Origin: Candidatus Parcubacteria bacterium
GTDB taxonomy: Bacteria; Patescibacteriota; Patescibacteriia; Patescibacteriales; UBA12075
Assembly: GCA_963814275.1 (NCBI GenBank)
Contig: CAWFCE010000002.1
Span: 875,263 to 939,262 of the forward strand
Reading direction: 5' to 3'
DNA: 64,000 bases
In this document: positions 1-9,400 of the stretch, in pieces
How the letters are laid out: each line of letters starts with the position of its first letter
Numbering within the stretch: position 1 is the first letter of the stretch
The notes under the pieces: generated by a model
Told to the model about the DNA's origin: nothing
The model's database searches: none
The model's input: the letters and a program-made list of their open reading frames with translations, nothing else
Program-made: the position numbers and the translations under genes

Positions 1-1
1 C

Positions 2-3000
2 GAAAAATTAGAAAACCAAGCAGATATCGATATTGAAGAATTAAGAGAGGAGACGGCACAAGCCGGCCGTGACCTGATGGCTTTGGGTAAGATAAGAAAA
101 GCGGCGGGAGATGATTTTACCAAAGAACAAGAGAAAGAGTTTGAAGATATGCAAGAGAAACACAGGAATCTGAAAAAAAGACTGGCGGAGAAAACCGGGC
201 GGGAAAAGAAAAAGGAAAATACGGAGGAAGCGCCGGAAAGCCATGAGGCCGAGGCGGAAAGCACCGAGGAAAGTCAGGCCGGCCCTGTGGAAGGCGAAGG
301 GGTGGATCTGAGAAAAATGAACATCAATTCAGAAGGCGGAAATATATACTTAACCATCAATAATATCGTTAACAGCAGTGAAGTGAAAATCGCCCAAAAA
401 GCAACCAAGGCCCTAAAAGAAAATACGGAAAAAAAGGAAGAATCGTTACGGGAATTGCGCGAAGAACCGGACACTGAAACGGAAAAAGAGGTAAAGGCCG
501 TGGAAGACGAAAGTGAAAATGCCGAGACCAAGATCGAAAAAGTGAAAAAGGAGACGGAAATTGAATATGAGGAGTTGTTAAAAAGCTGGCATTACGGTTG
601 GGACGAAAATGCCGAGACGGAAACGAAGAAGCCGATTTCAGATAAAAAATTCGGGGAAAACGACGAGATTCCATTGGTCCCGAAAGGCAGCCCGGGCGGA
701 GCGCAGAAAAGCACTACAGATAAAAAAGAAAAAACGGATGATAAAATCCCGGACAAATCAGAGAGCGTGAAAAATACAGGCAGAGAAAAGGAGATAAGTT
801 ATTTGGAAAAAAGCATCAGGGATATTGAAGATGAATTAAAAGTCAAAGATAATCCTGTGGCGCGGGCACATTTGAGTGTACAGAGAAGAAGATTGGAAGA
901 ACTTCAAGGAAAGATTACGCAAGAACCCAAAGCCAAAAAAGGTATTGATGTTCTACCGGAGACGAAGAAAACCGCCAGGGAAACCCTTATGAATAAGGGG
1001 CTGTACATAGATGCGGAAGATATTAAATTTGACCTGGAATACAAGTTTGACGAAAAGACCGGAGAGCTAGTAATTTATTTAGAAGACAATAAGAACCTGA
1101 AAGATATAGATGATTTGCTCAAAGATAGTCATTTGGAGCAGGAGACAAAGGAAGCGTTGCTTATGAAAGTGACCGAATCAATGAACAATGCCCTGGACGC
1201 GGAAGCCACCAATGAATATAGCAAGTTTTTCAAACATCATAAGACAGTGTTGCTCGGGGGTGCGTTGGTAAGCGCCGTTGCCGGAGGTGTCTCTGCCGGC
1301 GCGCGTATGCTGGGAGGCGGTCTGGCGATGCAGGCGGGCAAGGTGGCGGGAGGGACGATCCTGGGCGGTTTCAGCGGCGCGGTAAGCGGTAAGGTGAGGG
1401 AGTGGCTGAACCCGACGATAAAAAGGATGCAGGAGAAGAACTCCCGGAAACTGAAAAAGATCAGACAGAAGATCGCCAAAAAGTTCCTGACCGAAGATAA
1501 TTTGAAGATAGCCTTCGCCCAGGTGGTAAGGGAGCAAGCCCTGGAAAAGATACGGGAAGGGGTAAAAAAGACCGAAAAAGGTCAGGATATCAAAAATAAT
1601 ATCAGGGATTATATAGATGCTAATCAAAGCATGTTCGGCGATGTGGACAACGGCGAACGGGATAAATTAGCCGGCATGCTGGCCCATATCGTGAGCATCG
1701 AGGATGAGAACAGCCGCTTACTGGCCGGAGAGATCGATAAAAGGCTGGGCAGGGACAAGGACGGCAAGCCCAGAAGCCAGGTCAAGCGCGGTACGGTCAT
1801 GGGTTCGATAGTCGGGACCGCGACCGGTGCTGCCCAGGCATTTCTGGATAATCCGTATATGCCCACTATCGCGAGCGGAGCGATTGGCGGCGTAATGATC
1901 GGCAATACCTATGACCAGGGCTGGAAGAAGTGGGACCGCCGCCGCTACGGCGAGCAAATGGCGGCCCAGGTCGAGGAGATCGCCGGCAAAGAGAAGAAAG
2001 AGCAGGAGGATATCAATATGCTCAAAAGCTATCTGGAAAGCGGTATTCTGGACGAGCATCCGACATCCCGGGAAAATGCCAAGAATATATTGATCGGGGA
2101 ATTTCTTCGCAACACGACCGAGGCCAATGAGGCAGGAGTAAAAGAAATAAACGATAAATGGAAAGAGAAATACCGCCACAAGAAATGGAAACGGATTGTT
2201 GCGTATTCTGGCGGTGTTATTACTGGTATAGGAAGCGGCATAGCCGGAAGGTTTGTGTTTGAAAATTTTAAGGGTTATTTTGGTTTTAAGAGTGATTCGG
2301 GCAAGTCCGGCAGTAATACTGTTGGTAAAATAGATCAGGATAAAATGGACCAGATGAACGCGATGTGGCCGAAAGACGAGAGATACGGGCAGGGTCATAT
2401 GCCGGAAGGAAAACAGGCGACGATGGATGCATCCATGAATCGTCATCATGAAACAGGTCCCAAGTATCCCAATAATGCGGAACCAATGGAAAAGGAAGGG
2501 GTAGCGGGACAGGGCAAAACCGTTACGCCGGAATATCCCCACAATGCCGAGCCGATGGAAAAAGAAGGTGTGGCAAGCCAACACGAAGCCCGCGCCCAGG
2601 GATATCCTTATAACGCCGAACCAATGGAAAAGGAAGGGGTAGCGGGACAGGGCAAAACCGTTACGCCGGAATATCCCCACAATGCCGAGCCGATGGAGAA
2701 AGAGGGCGTTGTAAGCGATGAAGCGGTCCGGCCGGAAGCCAAGCCGATCGAAATTAAGATTGAAGGGAAGGTCAATACATATTCCGAAGCGGCGTATGAG
2801 GCGGTCAAGAAGGCCGATGCCGGCACCCAGGACAATTATATCCGGCGCTGGCTGGGAGAAGGGACGAAAGTCAATGACGACAACCGGGCCGAACTGGTCC
2901 GCCAGGCCACGCGTAAATTGTCTATTGCCAATATCAAGATGGGGGACGGCAACGACGTCAAGAATCTGGTCTACAAGGGCAATGTCGGGCGGCTCTATCC

Positions 3001-3997
3001 GGACGGCCGCTTTGAGATGGATACCGGCGAGAGCCATTACGCCCCGAGCGCAGTGAGCGAAGAGCATCTGCGGACGAACGCGGCAAATATCAGGCACCAT
3101 CTTGAAGAAGGGCAGAAGGTTATCGACCAGCATCTGAATGCCGAGGCGAAAGCGGAAGCCGAGCTTTATCAGAAGGTTATCGACCATTCGCCGGTTACCG
3201 GCAAGCCGATGCTGACGCCGGAACAGATCGAGAGGGCCGGCCTGGATATGCACCATCCGGGCGACGTCAAGATGATAGAGCGGTGGAAAGGGTTGATTGA
3301 CCATGAATTTGCCGCCAAAGCCAAATTCGGCGATAGTTACCATATGTACCAGTATACACCGCGCGATATCAGGATATTGCACGAATTGTCCGCTCACCAT
3401 GATTACGACCTTAACTCCGAACAAGTGATCGACACATACAAGAGTATGCCCGAGGGGCTCAAAGGCAGAGTGCTGTTGGGCGGTATCATGGCCGATAAAT
3501 TCGACCAGGAGCCGCTTGGCTATATGAAGGTCTGGGCCAGCGGTTATGACAAATCCGATATCGCCACAGGTATGAAAATGATGTTGAATCTCGACTACAC
3601 ACCGGCCGAGGGCGATATCACGATAGACCAACGCGATATTATTACCCTGAAGAACGCCTTCGGCTATAAGGGTATCGGCGTGATGATTTCCCGCGATAAG
3701 ATCGGTATCGACGGCCCGCTCCGCAACAACTGGAATACTTCGGATTGGGGCGGCGACCTCAAACCGGCCGGCGACCTCAACAAAGGCACGCTTGAATCGG
3801 CCGGAATACGGGTCAAAGAAATAGGTGAATATCTCAGTATCAAGCCGCATACACCGGAAACGACTGCGTCAGTCGGTGAAAAGTTGGCAACCAGTCCAAC
3901 TGGACCGCAGATCGCTCAAAAGGGGCAGACTGTGGGCGGTAGTTTTGTCGACGAAGAGCCGAAAAGGATGGGCGGACAGTTTACCGAGGAAAAATAA
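2..3997 (+). CDS. giant hypothetical membrane/surface protein, 5'-partial
   Basis: ORF 77..3997, and the same frame has no stop back to nt 2, so the gene probably starts upstream of the window. Glu/Lys-rich N region. Three Gly-rich hydrophobic segments (GGALVSAVAGGVSAG, IVGTATGAAQ, GGVITGIGSGIAG). 4x YP(N/H/Y)NAEPMEKEGV repeats. No family recognised. Confidence 0.6.
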   Translation, partial: EKLENQADIDIEELREETAQAGRDLMALGKIRKAAGDDFTKEQEKEFEDMQEKHRNLKKRLAEKTGREKKKENTEEAPESHEAEAESTEESQAGPVEGEGVDLRKMNINSEGGNIYLTINNIVNSSEVKIAQKATKALKENTEKKEESLRELREEPDTETEKEVKAVEDESENAETKIEKVKKETEIEYEELLKSWHYGWDENAETETKKPISDKKFGENDEIPLVPKGSPGGAQKSTTDKKEKTDDKIPDKSESVKNTGREKEISYLEKSIRDIEDELKVKDNPVARAHLSVQRRRLEELQGKITQEPKAKKGIDVLPETKKTARETLMNKGLYIDAEDIKFDLEYKFDEKTGELVIYLEDNKNLKDIDDLLKDSHLEQETKEALLMKVTESMNNALDAEATNEYSKFFKHHKTVLLGGALVSAVAGGVSAGARMLGGGLAMQAGKVAGGTILGGFSGAVSGKVREWLNPTIKRMQEKNSRKLKKIRQKIAKKFLTEDNLKIAFAQVVREQALEKIREGVKKTEKGQDIKNNIRDYIDANQSMFGDVDNGERDKLAGMLAHIVSIEDENSRLLAGEIDKRLGRDKDGKPRSQVKRGTVMGSIVGTATGAAQAFLDNPYMPTIASGAIGGVMIGNTYDQGWKKWDRRRYGEQMAAQVEEIAGKEKKEQEDINMLKSYLESGILDEHPTSRENAKNILIGEFLRNTTEANEAGVKEINDKWKEKYRHKKWKRIVAYSGGVITGIGSGIAGRFVFENFKGYFGFKSDSGKSGSNTVGKIDQDKMDQMNAMWPKDERYGQGHMPEGKQATMDASMNRHHETGPKYPNNAEPMEKEGVAGQGKTVTPEYPHNAEPMEKEGVASQHEARAQGYPYNAEPMEKEGVAGQGKTVTPEYPHNAEPMEKEGVVSDEAVRPEAKPIEIKIEGKVNTYSEAAYEAVKKADAGTQDNYIRRWLGEGTKVNDDNRAELVRQATRKLSIANIKMGDGNDVKNLVYKGNVGRLYPDGRFEMDTGESHYAPSAVSEEHLRTNAANIRHHLEEGQKVIDQHLNAEAKAEAELYQKVIDHSPVTGKPMLTPEQIERAGLDMHHPGDVKMIERWKGLIDHEFAAKAKFGDSYHMYQYTPRDIRILHELSAHHDYDLNSEQVIDTYKSMPEGLKGRVLLGGIMADKFDQEPLGYMKVWASGYDKSDIATGMKMMLNLDYTPAEGDITIDQRDIITLKNAFGYKGIGVMISRDKIGIDGPLRNNWNTSDWGGDLKPAGDLNKGTLESAGIRVKEIGEYLSIKPHTPETTASVGEKLATSPTGPQIAQKGQTVGGSFVDEEPKRMGGQFTEEK
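2480..2697 (+). repeat. 138-bp in-frame tandem duplication inside the giant ORF
   Basis: An 80-nt stretch at 2480-2559 is identical to 2618-2697 (period 138 nt = 46 codons). It encodes EPMEKEGVAGQGKTVTPEYPHNAEPME twice. Confidence 0.85.
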
Positions 3998-4034
3998 AAC
4001 CCGGAGAAAGACCTGATGTCCTTTCCGGGTTTTG
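3997..4034. terminator. bidirectional hairpin between convergent genes
   Basis: aaaacccggagaaag / ctttccgggtttt stem with A-run 5' and T-run 3'. It lies between the + gene stop (3997) and the - gene stop (4059). Confidence 0.6.
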
Positions 4035-4058
4035 AACTCTCCCTTCTTTGGGGGAGTT

Positions 4059-4910
4059 TTATTTTTTTCCTCCTTTCTCTACTGCCTGGCGGGCCTGTTC
4101 TAAGGCGGCCAGATAATTTTCGTAAGGAACATTGACTAAAAATGTGTAGGCCGCGTTGGTGTTGGTGCCATAGCGGTCGGTCGCGCCTGCACCCGTATAG
4201 GTGACATCAACGCCATTGGCTTTGAATTCGTCACCCACAGCCTTACCCCTGCTTTCAGCGAGGGTTTTGTTGGTATACCCCGCTTTAGCGCCGGGCTTGG
4301 ACTGGCTTGAATGGCCGCTAACAACAATGCTGCTAATAATATTTTTGTTAGCTAAGTAGGACAAGACCGCAACCGTTTTTTTGCCATTGGACGAAAGATC
4401 GGCCTTGCCGGACTTGAACTCGATCGGCGGGCCGCTCTGGGTATGAAAGCTAGGGTCATTGTCCATACGGTCCTCGACCTGGCTTACCCGGTCCTTCACC
4501 TTACGGATTTCCGATTCTAGGCGGGCGTAACCGCCGCCCCCGTCTCCTCCGGTCCTTTTCTTCTGTAAAGCTTTAACCGTCGGATTTTGGGGCGGATTAC
4601 CTTTATCCGGCTGTTCTCCTGGACCGCGTTGCAGACCTGGTTGTTTGAGTTGAGCGACCGGGAAATCAGCAGCCGTTTTGATCGGCTGGTTGAACGCATT
4701 ATCCGCGTAGACCCGGGTATGGCCGAAAGCGCCGGGATTTTCCGCCGGTAAAACTTCCTCTGAAGTTTCACCACCACCCTGGACTTGATTTTCCTGGGCC
4801 GCCAACTGCGCCCTTAATTCAGTATTTTCTTGCTGAAGTTGCGAATTTGCAGCGCAACCGGCCAGGAATATCAGGATTAACCCAAACATACTTATATATT
4901 TTGTTTTCAT
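4059..4910 (-). CDS. OmpA-family (peptidoglycan-associated type) lipoprotein
   Basis: Start moved to MKTKYISMFGLILIFLAGCAAN (lipobox LAGC), preceded by GGAGGAG. C-terminus has the OmpA_C pattern IEFKSGKADL...VVSGHSS...NKTLAESRGKAVGDEF...GAG. ATGA overlap with the upstream gene stop. Confidence 0.65.
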   Translation of the reverse strand: MKTKYISMFGLILIFLAGCAANSQLQQENTELRAQLAAQENQVQGGGETSEEVLPAENPGAFGHTRVYADNAFNQPIKTAADFPVAQLKQPGLQRGPGEQPDKGNPPQNPTVKALQKKRTGGDGGGGYARLESEIRKVKDRVSQVEDRMDNDPSFHTQSGPPIEFKSGKADLSSNGKKTVAVLSYLANKNIISSIVVSGHSSQSKPGAKAGYTNKTLAESRGKAVGDEFKANGVDVTYTGAGATDRYGTNTNAAYTFLVNVPYENYLAALEQARQAVEKGGKK

Positions 4911-6235
4911 GATTTTTTCTCCTCCACTGAAATGCCCTCGATTACCGCGTAAGTCTGCGGAGCGGTTTCGAAGACGAAAAAGACGATTCGGCAATTTTGC
5001 CATTCGGGCGCGGCCTGGAAATTCTCCCCCGCCGACACCGGTACAAAAACATGGTTCACTTCATCAGCAGTCCAGCCGTATTGCTGGACCAGGCGCTTGC
5101 CCAACTCCAGGAAAATGGAGCCGGTGGCGCGATCATTGCCGAGTGGTAGGTTAGTTTTTATAGCGTCACCCTCTTCGCTGGCGGTGCCGACTATGTAGAT
5201 CCGTTTTCCGCTCCAGTCTCCATTTTTAGGGTTGAAGAAATAATTCCGTTGGTCATTGATTGTCCGGGCGAACATATCCAGCTTGCCGTATTGGTTAACT
5301 GCAGCGGGCAATCCATTAATCTGGTTCCACAACGTAGATTCGTTGTGATTAAAATAGAATACCGGCGAATTGGGGTTTTGGGCAGCCACCATCTTTTTGG
5401 CAGTCTCCACATTACTTGGCGTCATCGGTCCGGTTTCTGTTTTGGCTAACTCAGCAGTTGTTCGATACTTTTGCGGATCATCATCGAGACCCCAGGCCTC
5501 GATTACGGTTCCGGGGTAGAACCATCCGTCTCCGTAGGTCTTGCCCAATCCGCTTCCGAACCCCAACAGACGTCTGCCCAATTGCGCTGCCCCGCCGAGG
5601 CTGATATCCATGGCACCGGATGCGCCCAATGCCGTGGTGTCATATGTCCCGATTTCGGGAAAGTTGATCGTTACACGAAGAAATGTCGGATACAGCCCGA
5701 CTTTCCACGCCTCTTTGATCACTGTTGAAAGTGTCGCATCGGCAGGAAGTTTTTCTTTGCGCACAACCAGCTTCACCACACTAACCTTTTTGACATTGAC
5801 CAGATCCTTGGGTCCATAATCGACGACAAAGATTTGATCATTTTTGTCTGGCGAAGTGGCCTTAGGTTTAAAACCCGTTGCCCTGGCATAGTCTGGACTA
5901 GGTCCAGACATCAGATTGTCGATATACCAGATCGGCACTCCGACATTATACTCGGTTTCTTTAACCATATGATAACCAAGTTCTTTGTCGACTTGCCCTA
6001 ACTCTCGGTCGTACTTGAATACGCGGGGTGAGGCCGGTGGTACTCCGGCATAGGGGGCTTGATTGTATACAAAATTGTATTGCTGCCCCCCATTGTAGTA
6101 TTTGTTCCCGTTGTTTTGGGAACTCCAATTTACGTTTGAGTCAGCGTTGGCGGTAGATTGCTGTGCCAGCGCCAAAGTGTTTCCCACGGCCACCAGTAAG
6201 AACGAGATAGCCGCGATAAATATAATTTTTCGCAT
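4907..6235 (-). CDS. secreted hypothetical protein with OmpA-like C-terminal region
   Basis: Start at MRKIIFIAAISFLLVAVGNTLALAQQ (signal peptide), preceded by AAGGAG. The C-terminus RIYIVGTASEEGDAIKTNLPLGNDRA resembles the OmpA_C core. Translationally coupled (ATGA) to 4059..4910. Confidence 0.55.
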   Translation of the reverse strand: MRKIIFIAAISFLLVAVGNTLALAQQSTANADSNVNWSSQNNGNKYYNGGQQYNFVYNQAPYAGVPPASPRVFKYDRELGQVDKELGYHMVKETEYNVGVPIWYIDNLMSGPSPDYARATGFKPKATSPDKNDQIFVVDYGPKDLVNVKKVSVVKLVVRKEKLPADATLSTVIKEAWKVGLYPTFLRVTINFPEIGTYDTTALGASGAMDISLGGAAQLGRRLLGFGSGLGKTYGDGWFYPGTVIEAWGLDDDPQKYRTTAELAKTETGPMTPSNVETAKKMVAAQNPNSPVFYFNHNESTLWNQINGLPAAVNQYGKLDMFARTINDQRNYFFNPKNGDWSGKRIYIVGTASEEGDAIKTNLPLGNDRATGSIFLELGKRLVQQYGWTADEVNHVFVPVSAGENFQAAPEWQNCRIVFFVFETAPQTYAVIEGISVEEKKS

Positions 6236-6296
6236 GGTAATTCTCCTTCGTATGCCGCAGTGGCCATTATGATAAACCACTGCGGCGGATTTGCTA

Positions 6297-7154
6297 TCAG
6301 TTGTTGGGTTGAGCTGGCGGGTTGGGAATATTGGCTACTGAAGTGGTATTGACATGGGCGTTTCCAGCCTGTCCATCTGTGATCGGCTTCGAAGTAATAA
6401 CCGCATTAACAGTGGTAAAGCTGGATCCTGGAGAGCAGTTCTGTGCCCCGAAGGTACCGTTGCCGTTGCCCCAGGATGCCCCCAGGGATGTGCCGGCACC
6501 GGCGCCGCCTTCCGTGCTTAAATTAGTCTGTCCCTGTTCCGATAATCCGGCCACCTTGCCATTGGTTCCGGAGAAAGCATTGATACTTGCCTTGTCCGGT
6601 TCCACTTTTTCAATCACGGAAATATTGCCGCGGTTTTCAAGGGTGGCATTGTAGGTGGTTTTGTCGGTTTCGGCCTTCGAGGCGAATTGGTCGCTCGCCT
6701 CAAGGGTTGAGGTATTATACCCATAACCCCAGCCAGTCGGGCTTTCATAGTTGCCCCACAGGTTCTGCTGCTGGACAGAGTTCATCTTTCCAGACGCATC
6801 ACCATCGGGATGAAAAGCACTGAAGTTGAAAGTCAGCTTTTCCTTGTTATACCCGATGAAACCATTGGGCAGGGGAGTGGATTTCCCGACATCGGTCGCA
6901 TTGGCATTAAGATCGACTGCCGTCACTTTTGGTGCGGCCGCCTGAATCTCTCCGTAGCCGGTCTGGGCGCTTGATCCGCCCAGGCTGTCGTTGCCATGAT
7001 TGAAACCGTTGACTACATTCACTTTGCCATCAGCGGTGACATTGCTGCTGCCACAGGATGGACAGCCCAGAGTTATGCCTTCGGCCAGGGCACTTCTATA
7101 AAAAAACCCAAAACAAAAAATGATCACGCTTAATGTCAACAATCTTTTTTTCAT
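6297..7154 (-). CDS. secreted Gly/Asn/Thr-rich hypothetical protein
   Basis: MKKRLLTLSVIIFCFGFFYRSALA signal peptide, GAAGGAG RBS. First gene of a 3-gene minus-strand operon. Confidence 0.6.
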   Translation of the reverse strand: MKKRLLTLSVIIFCFGFFYRSALAEGITLGCPSCGSSNVTADGKVNVVNGFNHGNDSLGGSSAQTGYGEIQAAAPKVTAVDLNANATDVGKSTPLPNGFIGYNKEKLTFNFSAFHPDGDASGKMNSVQQQNLWGNYESPTGWGYGYNTSTLEASDQFASKAETDKTTYNATLENRGNISVIEKVEPDKASINAFSGTNGKVAGLSEQGQTNLSTEGGAGAGTSLGASWGNGNGTFGAQNCSPGSSFTTVNAVITSKPITDGQAGNAHVNTTSVANIPNPPAQPNN

Positions 7155-7424
7155 TTTCTTTCTCCTTCTTTGATAATGGTTTTGCGGAATTTATTTTCCG
7201 CGTTTTATTTGACATTCAATTTTCAATGTCCATACTATTGGCACATTGCCAATTGTAATTTGCTAGTTTAACATAATAGTTTATGTTTTGTCAAGCCTAT
7301 TTTCCAATAATTTATATTTTAGAAAAATTTACCTTGACAATTAAACTCAAATATGCTAAATTTTCATGTTATAGAAAATAGGATAACTATAAAACCGATA
7401 AATAAATTTTATCGGGGTTATTAT

Positions 7425-8387
7425 ATGGAAGGTGATAATCAAAGCCCAAACCAGAACGCAGTGCGGGAATACGGCAGTTTATTCGCGCGGAAAAAATCGA
7501 CGATTCTTTCGATCGTGATTTTATTTCTGATGGCCGCCGCGGTTGTTACCCTCTTGCAGCCTTTCGAATACGGAGCGGAAACCAAGCTTCTGGTGATCCA
7601 GAATTTTCCGCCCAATGAAGACCCCTATACCGCGGCCAAGTCGAACGAATATCTGAGCTCAGTCCTGGCCGAAGTGATCACCACCAATTCGTTTTTCACC
7701 GAAGTAATGAATGCCGGCTTCAACATCAACCGTAATTATTTTCCGACCGAGCCGAACAAGCTGCGCCGCGCCTGGAAGCAGGTGGTCCAGGCCAGCCCGG
7801 TATACGATACCGCGATCCTGAATATTTCCGTTTATCACCCGGACAAGAACCAGGCCAGCCAAATAATCCAGGCGGTCAACCAGGTGATGCAGGCCAAACA
7901 CAGCCAATACCACGGCATGGGAGACAACGTGACGATCAGGGTGATCGATCCGCCGGTCGTCAGCCAGCGCCCGGTCAAGCCGAATGTAGCAATGAACCTG
8001 GGCGCCGGATTTATCCTTGGTCTGGTGCTGGCCCTGAGCTTCGTCTATATCTTTCCCGAAGAACGGTACAATATCCGTTTATGGCCGCATCTGGGACGGA
8101 AACGCCACGAATTGGATGAGGAATTGCCGGAAGACGGCATGTATCCCCAGCCGAACGGATCGTATGCCGCGCCACTCAAAGCGCAGGAATTTACCAATTC
8201 CGACGAGCACATGAGCCGCCGCCAACAGGATTATTACCGCCGGATGGCGGCGGACACGAGGAACAACTCAGCACAGGTGATGGCTCAAGAACAAGAATTA
8301 AATCATATTTCGGCAACACCGCCCCAGGAAGATGATTTGGGCTATGACAGCATCATGAAGCGGGGGAGTATGACGAATTTAATGTAG
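7425..8387 (+). CDS. Wzz-like polysaccharide chain-length determinant (no kinase domain)
   Basis: Internal ATG chosen (MEGDNQ...). N-terminal TM followed by PFEYGAETKLLVIQ (Wzz N-motif). Second TM NLGAGFILGLVLALSFVYIF near the C-terminal third. Confidence 0.55.
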   Translation: MEGDNQSPNQNAVREYGSLFARKKSTILSIVILFLMAAAVVTLLQPFEYGAETKLLVIQNFPPNEDPYTAAKSNEYLSSVLAEVITTNSFFTEVMNAGFNINRNYFPTEPNKLRRAWKQVVQASPVYDTAILNISVYHPDKNQASQIIQAVNQVMQAKHSQYHGMGDNVTIRVIDPPVVSQRPVKPNVAMNLGAGFILGLVLALSFVYIFPEERYNIRLWPHLGRKRHELDEELPEDGMYPQPNGSYAAPLKAQEFTNSDEHMSRRQQDYYRRMAADTRNNSAQVMAQEQELNHISATPPQEDDLGYDSIMKRGSMTNLM

Positions 8388-8502
8388 ATAACAGATAGCA
8401 GACGACAGATAACAGGGCAATTAAACAAACTTATCATATATTAATTTAATTTAAATATATATTTAGTACAATTTTAATGATAAATAATTATATAATATTC
8501 CC

Positions 8503-8531
8503 TTGACATTAATAAAATTGTCTGGTAGATT
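8503..8531 (+). promoter_or_regulatory. sigma70-like promoter candidate
   Basis: TTGACA (8503-8508) - 17 nt - TAGATT (8526-8531). This would give a ~240-nt leader before the 8782 ATG. Confidence 0.4.
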
Positions 8532-8781
8532 GTAATGTTTTCGAGTGGGCAGAGGTTTGTAAGATTTTTCCAGACCCGTGTTCATTCGCAATTTAAATTC
8601 CAGGGGGTGGAACCCCAGCTACCACCTTCTGGGCAATATTGATTGCTCAAGCTAAAAAAGAAAGGAGGTGGTTGTTCACAAACAACATAATTAGCTTAGT
8701 AGCAGCTGGAAGAAGTTCCTCCGGCCGGGAGAATTTCTGAACCGAAACATACAACCCCAAAAAATCATTAGGAGGTGTACC

Positions 8782-9249
8782 ATGAAAAAGTCGTATTTTT
8801 TTGTTGTGTTGGCAATCGTTTGTCTGTTCGTCGTCGGACCGGCCTTGGCCGCATCCACCACTCTTGACGGGTCAGGTAAAATCGAGAAGAATGGCGTGAC
8901 ATATCTGGTGGTGCCGAAGGCGCTCGCGTCGGAGGTGGAGAAGGAATGTCAATACACTCCGCCGATGCCCCAAATCAGCGGGAATATTCCCTGGAAAGGA
9001 CCGAAAGACGCCGAGGATCTTGGTGATTACTGGGGAATCCCGGTGCCAGCGGAATTGGCCGATGCCTATAAATCAGCCGGAAAACAGTATAAATTTTCCG
9101 TTTATCTTGGCGGATCAAAAAACGGGCAGCAGCAGGCCGACAGTCAGTTTCACCTGCCGCAAAACAGCCCCAAATTCGCCGAGATGCTCAAGGCACGGCA
9201 GATCGAGGACAATAAAAAGGATGGCTGGTGGTACGTCATCGAACCATGA
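8782..9249 (+). CDS. small secreted hypothetical protein
   Basis: AGGAGGTG RBS and MKKSYFFVVLAIVCLFVVGPALAAS signal peptide. Confidence 0.65.
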   Translation: MKKSYFFVVLAIVCLFVVGPALAASTTLDGSGKIEKNGVTYLVVPKALASEVEKECQYTPPMPQISGNIPWKGPKDAEDLGDYWGIPVPAELADAYKSAGKQYKFSVYLGGSKNGQQQADSQFHLPQNSPKFAEMLKARQIEDNKKDGWWYVIEP

Positions 9250-9269
9250 TGATGGACCGCCGGGCCGCG

Positions 9270-9319
9270 AAGGTGTTCTCTTGCTTCTAACAAAGAAGCA
9301 GGGAACACCTTTTTTATTT
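9270..9319 (+). terminator. rho-independent terminator
   Basis: aaggtgttctcttgcttc / gaagcagggaacacctt stem followed by TTTTTTATTT. Confidence 0.7.
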
Positions 9320-9400
9320 GCCATAGCCTTCCACCGAGCTTTAGCTCGGGTTCGCGCGGCTTTAGCAGCGTATTTGCGGGGTCGGCGGCGCTTTGTATCA

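Noticed and set aside
1718-3850. 710-aa ORF on the minus strand, antisense to the giant + strand ORF
   Set aside because: This is a shadow ORF. Its composition is rich in R, H, F and I with no motifs, and it lies entirely inside a + strand ORF that has a coherent repeat structure and its own terminator.
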